From an uncultured Methanosarcinales archaeon (GTDB taxonomy: Archaea > Nanobdellota > Nanobdellia > Woesearchaeales > CAZYIM01): a DNA stretch of 64,000 bases. The notes beneath the pieces are model-generated. The model did not search any database, had not been told where the DNA came from, and worked only from the letters and a program-made list of their open reading frames with translations. A program made the position numbers and the translations under genes. Below are positions 17,101 through 26,580 of this stretch, piece after piece; the first letter of the stretch is position 1; the number at the start of each line of letters is the position of its first letter. The stretch covers positions 32,001 to 96,000 of the forward strand of contig CAZYIM010000002.1 of the NCBI GenBank assembly GCA_964647565.1. The letters are read 5' to 3'.

Positions 17101-17535
17101 ATGTCAGAAAAACCTAAATTAGGCAAATCTTCAAATGGGAAGGAGATGCATTATTCTGCAGGCGCTATACTAAAAAAGGATGGTAAATATTTGCTTGTTG
17201 ACAGGCTCAACCCTCCATTGGGCTTTGCAGGCCTTGCAGGCCATATCGAAGATGGTGAGACTCCTGAGCAGGCTCTTTTTCGGGAAGTGAAAGAGGAGAG
17301 CAATCTGGATGTCAAGAGCTACAAGCTTCTTTTTGTGCAGGAGATTGATGGCAATGTCTGCAGCAGGGGAGTTCCTGTACATTATTGGTATTTCTATGAG
17401 TGTGAGGTTGAAGGGGAGATAAGATTTAATTCTGACGAATCCAAGTCAATTGATTGGTATTCCAAAGACGAGCTTTTGAAGCTAAATCTGGAGCCTATTT
17501 GGGCATTTTGGTTCAAGAAACTAGGCATATTATAG
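17101..17535 (+). CDS. NUDIX hydrolase
   Basis: Nudix box GHIEDGETPEQALFREVKEESNL. Confidence 0.9.
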   Translation: MSEKPKLGKSSNGKEMHYSAGAILKKDGKYLLVDRLNPPLGFAGLAGHIEDGETPEQALFREVKEESNLDVKSYKLLFVQEIDGNVCSRGVPVHYWYFYECEVEGEIRFNSDESKSIDWYSKDELLKLNLEPIWAFWFKKLGIL

Positions 17536-17548
17536 TAATTCTCCATTA

Positions 17549-17695
17549 GGGACTCTGTTCTGAACAGGGGATTTATCCCGCCTAGCGTAGTCAAGTGTTC
17601 AGGATCTGATTAAAATAGAATCGGTTTGCAGTCGATAACATGAGGAGTGCAAAGCGCGGGAAAATTCTCTGCGTAAGCATTCTGGACAGAGCCCC
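17549..17695. mobile_element. Candidate MITE / non-autonomous element (147 bp)
   Basis: Imperfect terminal inverted repeats GGGACTCTGTTCTGAA ... TTCTGGACAGAGCCCC. CCATTAGG is repeated directly at both ends (ATTA as possible target duplication). Interior is GC-richer than its flanks. Confidence 0.5.
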
Positions 17696-17759
17696 ATTAG
17701 GAAAACATTTTTAAATAATATTTATCTCGTTATTTTAACATTTTGAGGGGTGATATTAT

Positions 17760-17978
17760 ATGAAAAAAGAAGTTCTAGAAAAGCTTGCAGCTCTTTTAAC
17801 AGCTGCGTTTGGACTTGTTGCTGCTCTGGCTTGGAATGGTGCGATAAAGGCTATCTTTATTGAGCTATTCGGCACAGCAGATACAATTCTTGGAATGCTT
17901 ATCTATGCTGTTGTTGTTACTATAATCGCTGTTTTAGTGGTTATCCAGATCGGCAAAGCAACCGGAGAAGCAAAATAG
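17760..17978 (+). CDS. Small two-TM membrane protein (DUF5654-like)
   Basis: LLTAAFGLVAALAWNGAIK...YAVVVTIIAV; GAGGGGTG RBS; T-tract after the stop. Confidence 0.8.
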   Translation: MKKEVLEKLAALLTAAFGLVAALAWNGAIKAIFIELFGTADTILGMLIYAVVVTIIAVLVVIQIGKATGEAK

Positions 17979-18004
17979 ACTTTTTTTATTTTTTTTTTAA
18001 TTTC

Positions 18005-20278
18005 TTATGCTAATCCTTTTGCAATTATAGCTAAATTGATATCATCATAGAGTTCTCGAATGGCATTGTATATGTTAGCCTTTTCAGCACCTTCGAGCTC
18101 GCTGATCACAAAGAGCTGTTTCATATCCAAATACATGGCCTTTGCATCCTCGATCTTGCCGTTTTCAAGCAGGTCTCTACAAAGCCGGACCATCTCCTCA
18201 AACTTGGAATGCTTGTCCTTGGGCAGGTGAGCCTTGTCAAGAGGAACATCCTTATGAGGGCTAAGTTGTTTGAGCTTTTCATTGAGATAAACTTCGAAAC
18301 CCTTTTCCTCAATAGCCTCTTTCTTCTTCTCTAGTTTTTTCTCTGCAGATGCCATTTTCCTGGCTATTCTCTTAGATTCCGCGTAGTCGTGGCTTACTTG
18401 TTTCTTCCTTTCTTCAAATTTCGTAAGCTTTTCTTCGTACTTATTCTCATCTCTCTCGAGCTTATGTTGATCGATCAATAGTTGTTTAGCCTGTTTCTCA
18501 AGCGCTTTCTCCCTTTCCTTTAAGAGAACATATCTTCTTTTTACATCAGTTTCCAGATCCATTACTTCAGTACCTACCTTTGAGAGCATCTTTTCATCAT
18601 GCTTGACCTCTTTTTCAAGGGCACGCTCAGCTTCAAGTCTAAGTGATAGCTTTTTTGACAATCTGGTGAATTCTGCCTTCTTCCTACCTGCTTCCTTCAC
18701 CTTTTGGTCACAAACAAGCTTTAATTTATCTGCCTCTTCTTTCATGGCCTTTATGGTTTCAGCCTGTTTGAGTAGTTTGCTTGCAGCCTTTTTGTCTTTA
18801 TTGAAGGTGGCTAGCTCTTCATCATATTGTGCCTTTAGTTGATCATACTCAGCGATCTTCTTGTCCCTGAGCGCAGTTTTCCTGGCAAGTAGCTCTTTTT
18901 GATTGGCCAATTTTATAGCGAGTTCCTTCTTAACCTTTTCATTTATTGTTATGTTTAACCTCTTATTCCTCTTGACCAGTTCCTTCATCTTCTTATTGAA
19001 TCGAAGTGTAAGTTCCTTGAATTTTTTATTGTATCTTGCATTGAGTTCCTTATTCTTTTTCGCATATTTGGCTCTAACATTCTTATTGACGACATTATCG
19101 AATTTTTTCCTCTCAAGAGCCAGCTTGTTCTCACCTTGAGTAAGAGCTCTCTTTTTCTTGGCCAACTCCCTTTTGAGCTTCTGGATATCATCTAATGCAA
19201 CCTCCAGATCCCTTTCGACATTAGGATCAAAAGGCATATCGTATGATTCGTTTAAGACCTTTTTTATATCCTCAGAATAATCCTTAGGAATAAGATCCTG
19301 GACAGCTACATCAGGTTTAGGAGGTTCAGGTATCTCGTGTTCTTTAATTGGTGGTGGAGGCAAATCAATTTTTTTAGGTTTTATTGCCTTTTTGAGTTTG
19401 TGTAATACACCTTTTTTCTCAGGTTCTGGTGGTGGAGGCGGAGGAGGCATAGGCATATTGGATTGAGGTTCTGGGGGTTCACTGATTGTTTCTCCTGTAG
19501 CATCAAAAAGTTCATTTTGCAGGTCGGATTTCTCTTTTTCCAAGTCATCAAAATGTTCTTCTGGAGCTTTTTCCTTTTCTTCTGCCACCTTTACTTCTTC
19601 CTTATGATTAAAATCAGCCCACCCACTATCTTTATTGGATGAGGTCGTATCTGCTTCAATCCAAACATTCTTTTTTGAGGTTTTTTTCTTTCCTTTGGTT
19701 TTTGTTTTAGCTTTTTTGACCTCTTTTTTCTTTTCAATAGGTTTAGCTTGCGCAATTGACTGTTGGCTGAAATCATCTGCAGGTTCAGAGAAATCTATAT
19801 CCTCTGCCATAGGAGCTGGTTCTTCTGGTAAAGGAGGTTCTTTAGTATCTGGAACATCAGATTTTTCTTCTTCAGGCTTAAAATCCTGATCCTTATCAGG
19901 CAGTCTCCTGAATTCGTCAAAACCAGTGAATACATCATCCATTGAATCTGGCAATACAGTATCCTTTGAGGGGTCCTTAGGTTCGTCTGCTATTGAATCA
20001 AGGATAGAATCATCTATCGGTTCTTTAGGCTGTTTGCTCTCTTCCTCTATGGGGATGTCAAGTTTTGCTCTAAGTTCTGCCAAGTCAGGATCTATTGGTG
20101 GTCCTATATCCTTCTCAGCCTTAGAAACCGCTTCGCTTTTCTTCTCTTTTTTACTAAAAAGCTTAGAAAATATACTTTTTTTGTCCTCTTCTTTTTTCTT
20201 TAATTGTTCACCTAATGATTCACCCGCACTTATTTGTGGTGGCGTAGGTGGCAAAATACCCTCGTCAACCATCGTCAC
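18005..20278 (-). CDS. Large acidic/Pro-rich plus coiled-coil protein
   Basis: 757-aa ORF; low-complexity N-half (PPPPPPPEPE), K/E-rich heptad C-half, short helical C-terminal domain; GGGGGAG RBS. Confidence 0.8.
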   Translation of the reverse strand: MTMVDEGILPPTPPQISAGESLGEQLKKKEEDKKSIFSKLFSKKEKKSEAVSKAEKDIGPPIDPDLAELRAKLDIPIEEESKQPKEPIDDSILDSIADEPKDPSKDTVLPDSMDDVFTGFDEFRRLPDKDQDFKPEEEKSDVPDTKEPPLPEEPAPMAEDIDFSEPADDFSQQSIAQAKPIEKKKEVKKAKTKTKGKKKTSKKNVWIEADTTSSNKDSGWADFNHKEEVKVAEEKEKAPEEHFDDLEKEKSDLQNELFDATGETISEPPEPQSNMPMPPPPPPPEPEKKGVLHKLKKAIKPKKIDLPPPPIKEHEIPEPPKPDVAVQDLIPKDYSEDIKKVLNESYDMPFDPNVERDLEVALDDIQKLKRELAKKKRALTQGENKLALERKKFDNVVNKNVRAKYAKKNKELNARYNKKFKELTLRFNKKMKELVKRNKRLNITINEKVKKELAIKLANQKELLARKTALRDKKIAEYDQLKAQYDEELATFNKDKKAASKLLKQAETIKAMKEEADKLKLVCDQKVKEAGRKKAEFTRLSKKLSLRLEAERALEKEVKHDEKMLSKVGTEVMDLETDVKRRYVLLKEREKALEKQAKQLLIDQHKLERDENKYEEKLTKFEERKKQVSHDYAESKRIARKMASAEKKLEKKKEAIEEKGFEVYLNEKLKQLSPHKDVPLDKAHLPKDKHSKFEEMVRLCRDLLENGKIEDAKAMYLDMKQLFVISELEGAEKANIYNAIRELYDDINLAIIAKGLA

Positions 20279-20402
20279 TCCCCCTTTTTTTCTTTATAAT
20301 TAAGAATTAGAATGAATTTATATTATCACCTATAAAAATCTTTTGTTTTTATTATTGTGAACTTTAATAAAATTTATATAATGGTAACTCTATTTCTTAA
20401 TT

Positions 20403-20765
20403 ATGAAAGGGCCTGTTCTTACTGATCTTCAGATTTATTTTGATAGGATAGAGGGAAGAATCTCTGTTTTGGAAGCAGATTCTTTGACCATTGAGAATGA
20501 GATGGCAAGCAGGGATGAACGACTTTTGGAGCATTATGAAAATACATCTGCTAAACTTAACAGGATTCGTGGGGAAATTGCCAATCTGAACTCAGATATT
20601 AAGAACATGATGCATACTATTAAGATTGTGATTGGTAGCCTGAAGCAGACTGTTAAAAAAGATGTATTTAATGCATTTCAAGAAAAAGTTGATGACTGGA
20701 GTCCAGAAACATTTATTTCACGCGAAACCGCCAAGAGAATGATCAAAGAAGCTAAGAACGATTAA
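20403..20765 (+). CDS. Hypothetical coiled-coil protein
   Basis: 120-aa ORF preceded by TTTATATA; heptad pattern. Confidence 0.7.
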   Translation: MKGPVLTDLQIYFDRIEGRISVLEADSLTIENEMASRDERLLEHYENTSAKLNRIRGEIANLNSDIKNMMHTIKIVIGSLKQTVKKDVFNAFQEKVDDWSPETFISRETAKRMIKEAKND

Positions 20766-21641
20766 CTATAAGATCTTTTCTTTCTTTAGGACAGCTTTCA
20801 ATGATGTTAGTGCAACTTCTATTTGCTTATCATCTGGCGGATTGGTTGTTAAACTCTGTAGCCAGAGCCCTGGTGCTGCTATTATCCTGAAGAGCAGAAA
20901 ATGGTGAAATTTACTTGTTAGCTTCATGAATTCGTACGAGACTCCCATGATTACAGGCAATAATAGGATTCTGAGCAGATATTTCTGCCAAAAGCTGACT
21001 GTGAATGGGATGAAGATATAGATGATTATGCTCAAGACCAATACGCTTAAGATAAAGGTTGTTCCGCACCTTGTGTGTGCTGTAGAATATTTCTTTACGT
21101 TTTTCACATTGAGCTCTTTACCTGTTTCAAAACAATGGATTGTCTTATGTTCTGCTCCATGATATGCAAATATGCGTTTCATATCTTTAAGTTTGGAGAT
21201 TATGGCTAGGTAAAGTACGAAGATGGTAGCTTTTATGATGCCATCAATCAGATTGTATAGGAGATTGTTCACTCCTAACCCTTTTTTAAAGAGTTCGGCA
21301 ATACCTAGGGGCAATAGCTTAAACATGACCAAAGCAAAAAGTACTGCAAGCGCTAATGATATTACGAGCTCCCATGTTGAGAATTTATCATCTGATTCGT
21401 CTAAAGCCTGGTTGCTTGACCAGGTAAGTGATTTTAAGCCTGTGGAGAGCATCTCGATCATTGAGACCACACCTCTTATGAATGGCCATTTGAGCACTGG
21501 TTTTTTGGTCCAGGAAACATGTTTTTTTACTGTTGTAATGATTTTGCCATTGGGTTTTCTAACAGATGTTGCAATGTAATTAGGGCTTTTCATCATAACT
21601 CCCTCAATTACAGCTTGGCCGCCAACAAGGATCTTCTTCAT
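20766..21641 (-). CDS. DUF1385 (YqhQ-like) membrane protein
   Basis: VGGQAVIEGVMM, FAYHGAEHKTIH, HTRCGTTF, PGLWLQSLTT. Confidence 0.9.
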   Translation of the reverse strand: MKKILVGGQAVIEGVMMKSPNYIATSVRKPNGKIITTVKKHVSWTKKPVLKWPFIRGVVSMIEMLSTGLKSLTWSSNQALDESDDKFSTWELVISLALAVLFALVMFKLLPLGIAELFKKGLGVNNLLYNLIDGIIKATIFVLYLAIISKLKDMKRIFAYHGAEHKTIHCFETGKELNVKNVKKYSTAHTRCGTTFILSVLVLSIIIYIFIPFTVSFWQKYLLRILLLPVIMGVSYEFMKLTSKFHHFLLFRIIAAPGLWLQSLTTNPPDDKQIEVALTSLKAVLKKEKIL

Positions 21642-21738
21642 AGCAAAATAATTTTATTATTCTTTTTATAAATTTTGTGGGTATAGAACAAGTATATGTT
21701 ATGAATGAAAAATAAAAAAAATAAAAAAAGGAAAAGAT

Positions 21739-22224
21739 TTACGATGCTTTTCCTGCAATGCTTCCAAGGGCTTTGTTGGGTAATCCGTTTTCAAGATTCT
21801 TATATAAAACCTGCATCTCTCCCTTGAATCTTCCTGCTGTAATGCCGTTAGAACAGTTAAAACGTATTGTTACTTTTTCATTGTTGGCAATTGTTACAGG
21901 TACAGCAGCTAATGTACAGCCTGCGCCAGCACATGCAGCGATTCCGCTTGTTGTACAGTCGTCACCAGTCACATCTTCATAGCCTGTTATGTTTATTGAG
22001 GCACCGTTGTTGTTGGTTAATACAACTGATACTGTGTTTGAGTCTGCTGCTACAGATGCCTTACCTACGCAGTCCATTCCAGAAGGAAATGCACATCTTT
22101 CTGGAAGCAGGCTTGCCGTATCTAATACTCCGAAATAAGCCAGAGCGCCTATGGCTGCTAATACTACTAGAATAGCCCATCCATAGGTCATAAGAAATTC
22201 CATTGCGGCTTGACCTTTTCTCAT
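21739..22224 (-). CDS. Archaeal type IV pilin (class III signal peptide), probable major pilin
   Basis: MRKG|QAAMEFLMTYGWAILVV; has its own BRE/TATA (22285-22301), a GAGGTG RBS and a T-rich terminator. Confidence 0.85.
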   Translation of the reverse strand: MRKGQAAMEFLMTYGWAILVVLAAIGALAYFGVLDTASLLPERCAFPSGMDCVGKASVAADSNTVSVVLTNNNGASINITGYEDVTGDDCTTSGIAACAGAGCTLAAVPVTIANNEKVTIRFNCSNGITAGRFKGEMQVLYKNLENGLPNKALGSIAGKAS

Positions 22225-22425
22225 ACTTACACCTCTTTTATTTTTTTATTATTAATATACTTTTTTATATATTAGTTGCCTTTAATATATAAAGCTTTCG
22301 GTTTTTATATAATGAAAGTCGAAACTTGGCAGACTCTGCTGCGCTACGTCTCTCAGGTTCAATTTTTTAAAAAATTAACTTCGAGGAACGGTTTTTTTGT
22401 GAGAAATCTAAGATTTGTCTCTTAC

Positions 22426-24126
22426 TCATAGGAAAACACTCAATAGGCCTCCAATTAAGGCATTTGAGACAAAGTATAGAAGGACAGTGACAATTATGAA
22501 AACAGGGATAAATTTGATGCCCTGCTTGATATTGCCCTTCTTGATTGTAGCGATTATGCAGGAAGAGAAAAATGAGGTTATTGTCAGTGAAACAATAGCA
22601 AATATGGTCAATGATTGTATACTTATAGAATCTCCTGACATGTTCAGGCTGATCAGGCTACCGCTCGTGGGTAATGTACTCATATCAATACCACCGACAA
22701 TCTGGGTTATGATAGCTACCAATTGGGTTGCAAGGCCTAATAAGACAGGCGCACCTACAATAGTTGCAAAACCAATGAAGATTACATAAGTGGTGACATT
22801 GGCAGCCATCTCCTTTTTTAGCAACCTGGTTTCTTGGATGTCTGTCGCGATCTTTGAAAGGAGCTCAGCAAGCTCTCCTCCTGCTTCCAGACCCTCTAAT
22901 AATATGTTGATAGATCGTTTTAAAACCTTTGAATCAAACTTATTAGCAAAATTACGTAGTGCATTCTGCAGGTTCTCTCCTGCAATAGTGGCTTTGGCCA
23001 CCTCTTGTATCTCAAGGGCCAGTATGCCAAATCGAGGCCTTACAGCCGCCCACATTGCCTTTTCAATGGTCATGCCTGCGCTGATATTTGCAGATGTTAG
23101 CTGGAGGAAATCTGGCAGCACATCTTCAACCTGCAGTCTTCTGTGGAATATACGAAGGTCTACAACTACATAAATAAATAACCATGTAATGAGCAGTAAA
23201 AACACAAATACAAAGGTCCATAAAATAACAATAAACAACAATACCTTTAGAACATTAGTGTTATTTAGTCCGAAAATGACTAGGAAGAACGCTGTTGCTG
23301 CAAGGCAAAGTATGAGTGCGATCTTGAATGTCTTGGCCTTAAGGGAGGTTTCATCTGTTTGAGTAAGACCTGCCTTTTGGAAATATTCTTTGACAATCTT
23401 CTTTTTCACAGACTTTTTTTGGTGTTTGAGCTCATCTTTGGACTTTACAGCTTTTTCTATTTTATACGATTTGTTCTTTCTTAATATAGTTCTGACTCTG
23501 ATATCAACAAATAAATAAAACAAGCCCCATCCCACTAAAAAGATTAATGCAAAGACCAGAGTCCAAAGGAGTCCGATGAATATCAGTAGCTTCATTACCG
23601 AATTGTGGGAGATGGCAGAACTTATCAGGGAAACTATAGATATGATTAAGCATATTGTTACTGATATCCTGAAAATCAATCTTTGCATAGACTGCTCGTT
23701 TAAATGTCTGAGACCTGCTTTCTCAGCATAGTTTTTGAAAATAAGCTGCTCCTTATGCAAAAGCCGTTCAAACAGGTTTACTGGTTTTTTCAAGGGGAGG
23801 TGATGCTTTTCATGCTTTTTTTCTTTTATGGTGGGAGTTTTTGTTTCGAGTGGTTTCTCTTCTTTTTGTTCTGGTTGGCTTAGTTTTAGCTTCTTTAATC
23901 TAAAACTTGGTCTGGAAGGGCGGATTTTAGAGAATAATGTGCTTAAATGTTCTTTTATATTAAAGGAAGGTCTTGTCTTTTTTGGTTCTGGAGTTTTTGT
24001 ATCTGTCTTTGGAACTTTTTGTTTCTGAGGTTTAGCAGGGCTCTTCTTTTCTGTAACCGCCTGCACATTATCTTCACCCATAATTTTATCATAATCATCC
24101 AGCATGTCTTTGATGTCTTTTGTCAT
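22426..24126 (-). CDS. Type II secretion F-domain pilus platform protein (TadC/ArlJ-like) with duplicated N-terminal membrane module
   Basis: LPDFLQLTSANISAGM...FGILALE...GGELAELL; multiple TM segments. Confidence 0.88.
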   Translation of the reverse strand: MTKDIKDMLDDYDKIMGEDNVQAVTEKKSPAKPQKQKVPKTDTKTPEPKKTRPSFNIKEHLSTLFSKIRPSRPSFRLKKLKLSQPEQKEEKPLETKTPTIKEKKHEKHHLPLKKPVNLFERLLHKEQLIFKNYAEKAGLRHLNEQSMQRLIFRISVTICLIISIVSLISSAISHNSVMKLLIFIGLLWTLVFALIFLVGWGLFYLFVDIRVRTILRKNKSYKIEKAVKSKDELKHQKKSVKKKIVKEYFQKAGLTQTDETSLKAKTFKIALILCLAATAFFLVIFGLNNTNVLKVLLFIVILWTFVFVFLLLITWLFIYVVVDLRIFHRRLQVEDVLPDFLQLTSANISAGMTIEKAMWAAVRPRFGILALEIQEVAKATIAGENLQNALRNFANKFDSKVLKRSINILLEGLEAGGELAELLSKIATDIQETRLLKKEMAANVTTYVIFIGFATIVGAPVLLGLATQLVAIITQIVGGIDMSTLPTSGSLISLNMSGDSISIQSLTIFAIVSLTITSFFSSCIIATIKKGNIKQGIKFIPVFIIVTVLLYFVSNALIGGLLSVFL

Positions 24127-24129
24127 TTT

Positions 24130-24924
24130 TTACATTTCCATAGGAGGTCTTGATGACTTGATTATCGAGAGGAACATGAACTGCACAAAGCCCAGGAATC
24201 CTGCAAATAACAGTAATACTGTAAGGGATATCTTAATTCCGATAAAGAGGGACATGACAACCATAAAGGCTGTGCCTAATGAGGGAACAATGACTGCGAT
24301 CATCATGTAGAACATAGCTAATGGGTTAAGTTTTCTTCCATATTCCTTGACAGCGATCTGCTGCTGTCTGATAACCTGTGAAATGACTGTGTTTAAAGAG
24401 TTTGCAACATTGGCGCCAGTTCTCATGGAGTTGAGGATCTGCCACAAGATCTTTCTGAAGTTGGTTGAAGATGTGGTTGTGATCATCTCATTCAATGCAT
24501 CTTCAAGAGGTGTTCCAAGATCAACCTTCTGTACTACCTCATTGAAATATGGGCCGACAATATCATAGTTCTTGGCCAGGTTCTTGAATACCTGGTATAG
24601 CGGTACTCCTGATTCCAGCTCGATTATAAGGAATCTGCCTGCAAAGACCAACTCCTGGTCAATCTGCATATTGATCTTATCTATCTTAACATCTGCATAC
24701 CTAAGGAAGTACATGAATGCTATAAAGAAGACTATGGGCACGAAGAAGATCACCCCTATAGACTTTAAGAATGTGAAGAAGATGATAAGCAGTCCTACTG
24801 AAAGAAAAAGGGAGCTCATAAAGGTTCTTCTGACATATTGTTCAGGTGTATATGGCAGCCTTGCCTGTTCAAGTTTCAGGGCTAATCCTGGAATCTTCCT
24901 GGCAATATTTTTATAGAGCAGCAT
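24130..24924 (-). CDS. Type II secretion F-domain pilus platform protein (TadB/C-like)
   Basis: IELESGVPL, VDLGTPLEDAL, KEYGRKLNPLAMFYM. Confidence 0.88.
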   Translation of the reverse strand: MLLYKNIARKIPGLALKLEQARLPYTPEQYVRRTFMSSLFLSVGLLIIFFTFLKSIGVIFFVPIVFFIAFMYFLRYADVKIDKINMQIDQELVFAGRFLIIELESGVPLYQVFKNLAKNYDIVGPYFNEVVQKVDLGTPLEDALNEMITTTSSTNFRKILWQILNSMRTGANVANSLNTVISQVIRQQQIAVKEYGRKLNPLAMFYMMIAVIVPSLGTAFMVVMSLFIGIKISLTVLLLFAGFLGFVQFMFLSIIKSSRPPMEM

Positions 24925-24925
24925 T

Positions 24926-26497
24926 TTAAAAATCAAAGGGTTTGTTGTTTTTCACATATTCCATCAGATTTTCCCTGTCTGTGTAGTATTCTGCCATGAT
25001 TCTTCCAACAGCATCAACATTTTCAATATTTTGGTTCACGAGATATCTTAGAATTTGTTCCTTATCCTTGATGTGTGAATCAATCTCTTTGACAGAATAT
25101 CCTGTGTATAAAGAAAGGTTCTTGTACAGGTTCATAGATGGAAAGAGCTTGACCAGTTTATCCTGTTTTGCATTATACTGCATAAGTACATTTACTTTAG
25201 CGTCTGCAAGCACCTCAGCTACCTGGAAGGTTCTCCTTGTGCCAGTTCTTCTGTTTCTGAACTGTACGATGATTAAGGAGATTGCAGGTACCAGGATCTC
25301 AGGAACATCAATAGGAGGATTGGTCAGTCGTTTTATTGTCTCATCAGCAGTATTGGCGTGGATGGTTGCGTAGACTGAATGGCCTGTGTGGATAGCCTCG
25401 AACAAGGTTTCAGATTCCCTTTTCCTCCTGACTTCTCCAACAATGATTCGGTCAGGCCTCATTCTTAGTGAGTTTACCAGCAGGTCTCCCATGGTGATCT
25501 CGCCCCTGCCTTCAGGATTTGGCAGACGGGTGGTCATGGGCACCCAATGCAGAAACTTTGGTAGGGTTATCTCTCTTGTGTCCTCTATTGAGATGATTCT
25601 TTGGTTAGGCGGGAAAAAGTTGGTCAATACATTGAGCATGGAAGTCTTTCCAGATGCAGTTCCTCCTGCGATTAGGATACTCATCTCATACTGTATTGCC
25701 ATCCAAATTAAGGCTGCTGCGGCAAATGAGATAGATCCTGCTTTCAAGAAACGGGTGATGGTCCAGGGGTCTCTTGAGAATTTTCTGATGGTGAATGTGT
25801 TGCCTGCTGTTGAGATCGGCATGATAGTTGCATTCACTCTGTCTCCCTCAGCAAGGTGGGCGTCAAGCAGGGGCTGGAGCACAGTGATCTGCCTTCCTAC
25901 TCTCCTGGCAACAATACTTGCATAATGCCGGGTCTGGTCTTCATTTAGGATGTTGACATTGGTTTTCACCCAACCGAAATTCTTATGGTATACCCAGATA
26001 GGCTCATCCACGCCATTGATGACTATCTCCTCAAGATTCACATCAGCATTCAGGATCTCTATGCTTCCAAGTCCCAGGCTTTTCTCAACCAGATAACTGG
26101 TCAGAAAACCCTTGGTCTTTTCATCCTCGTCGGGGAAGTACTTTCGTATAAGTACAGCAATAGTCTCCTTGAATCTTTCCTCCACTACATCCTTTTTCTT
26201 CACAGTGGTCAGGTCTATCATCTCAAGCTTGGATTTCTTGATAAGTTCCTGGCGTATCTTTTCAAGGATAAACTCTGTTGTTGTGCTTAATTTGGAGATA
26301 TTAACTTCATAGATAGGCACAAACTCCCCTTTTTTCATCGAGATCTTGACATGGATAGGAATATCTCCTGCATCATAATCATAACTGTCCAGGATTTTTT
26401 CCCGGGATTTAACCTTAGGTACTATTGCGGGCTTTTTATTAATGATTTGAGTCTTAGAACTGTCTTTAGATACCTTTTTTTTACGGCTTTTCAACAA
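24926..26497 (-). CDS. Pilus assembly ATPase (CpaF/TadA/VirB11 family)
   Basis: Walker A GGTASGKT, SIEDTRE, LRMRPDRIIVGEVR, TGH..ATIHA; GAGGTG RBS before the TTG start. Confidence 0.95.
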   Translation of the reverse strand: MLKSRKKKVSKDSSKTQIINKKPAIVPKVKSREKILDSYDYDAGDIPIHVKISMKKGEFVPIYEVNISKLSTTTEFILEKIRQELIKKSKLEMIDLTTVKKKDVVEERFKETIAVLIRKYFPDEDEKTKGFLTSYLVEKSLGLGSIEILNADVNLEEIVINGVDEPIWVYHKNFGWVKTNVNILNEDQTRHYASIVARRVGRQITVLQPLLDAHLAEGDRVNATIMPISTAGNTFTIRKFSRDPWTITRFLKAGSISFAAAALIWMAIQYEMSILIAGGTASGKTSMLNVLTNFFPPNQRIISIEDTREITLPKFLHWVPMTTRLPNPEGRGEITMGDLLVNSLRMRPDRIIVGEVRRKRESETLFEAIHTGHSVYATIHANTADETIKRLTNPPIDVPEILVPAISLIIVQFRNRRTGTRRTFQVAEVLADAKVNVLMQYNAKQDKLVKLFPSMNLYKNLSLYTGYSVKEIDSHIKDKEQILRYLVNQNIENVDAVGRIMAEYYTDRENLMEYVKNNKPFDF

Positions 26498-26580
26498 AAT
26501 ACACCTCTTTTTTTAAATGTGCCAATCCCTTCTTCTAGATAATTCATGCTTGACTATTTAAATATTGCGTAAGAAATTAG

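Noticed and set aside
18603..20303. Several plus-strand ORFs rich in S/F/L
   Set aside because: Antisense shadows of the K/E-rich 757-aa coiled-coil gene.
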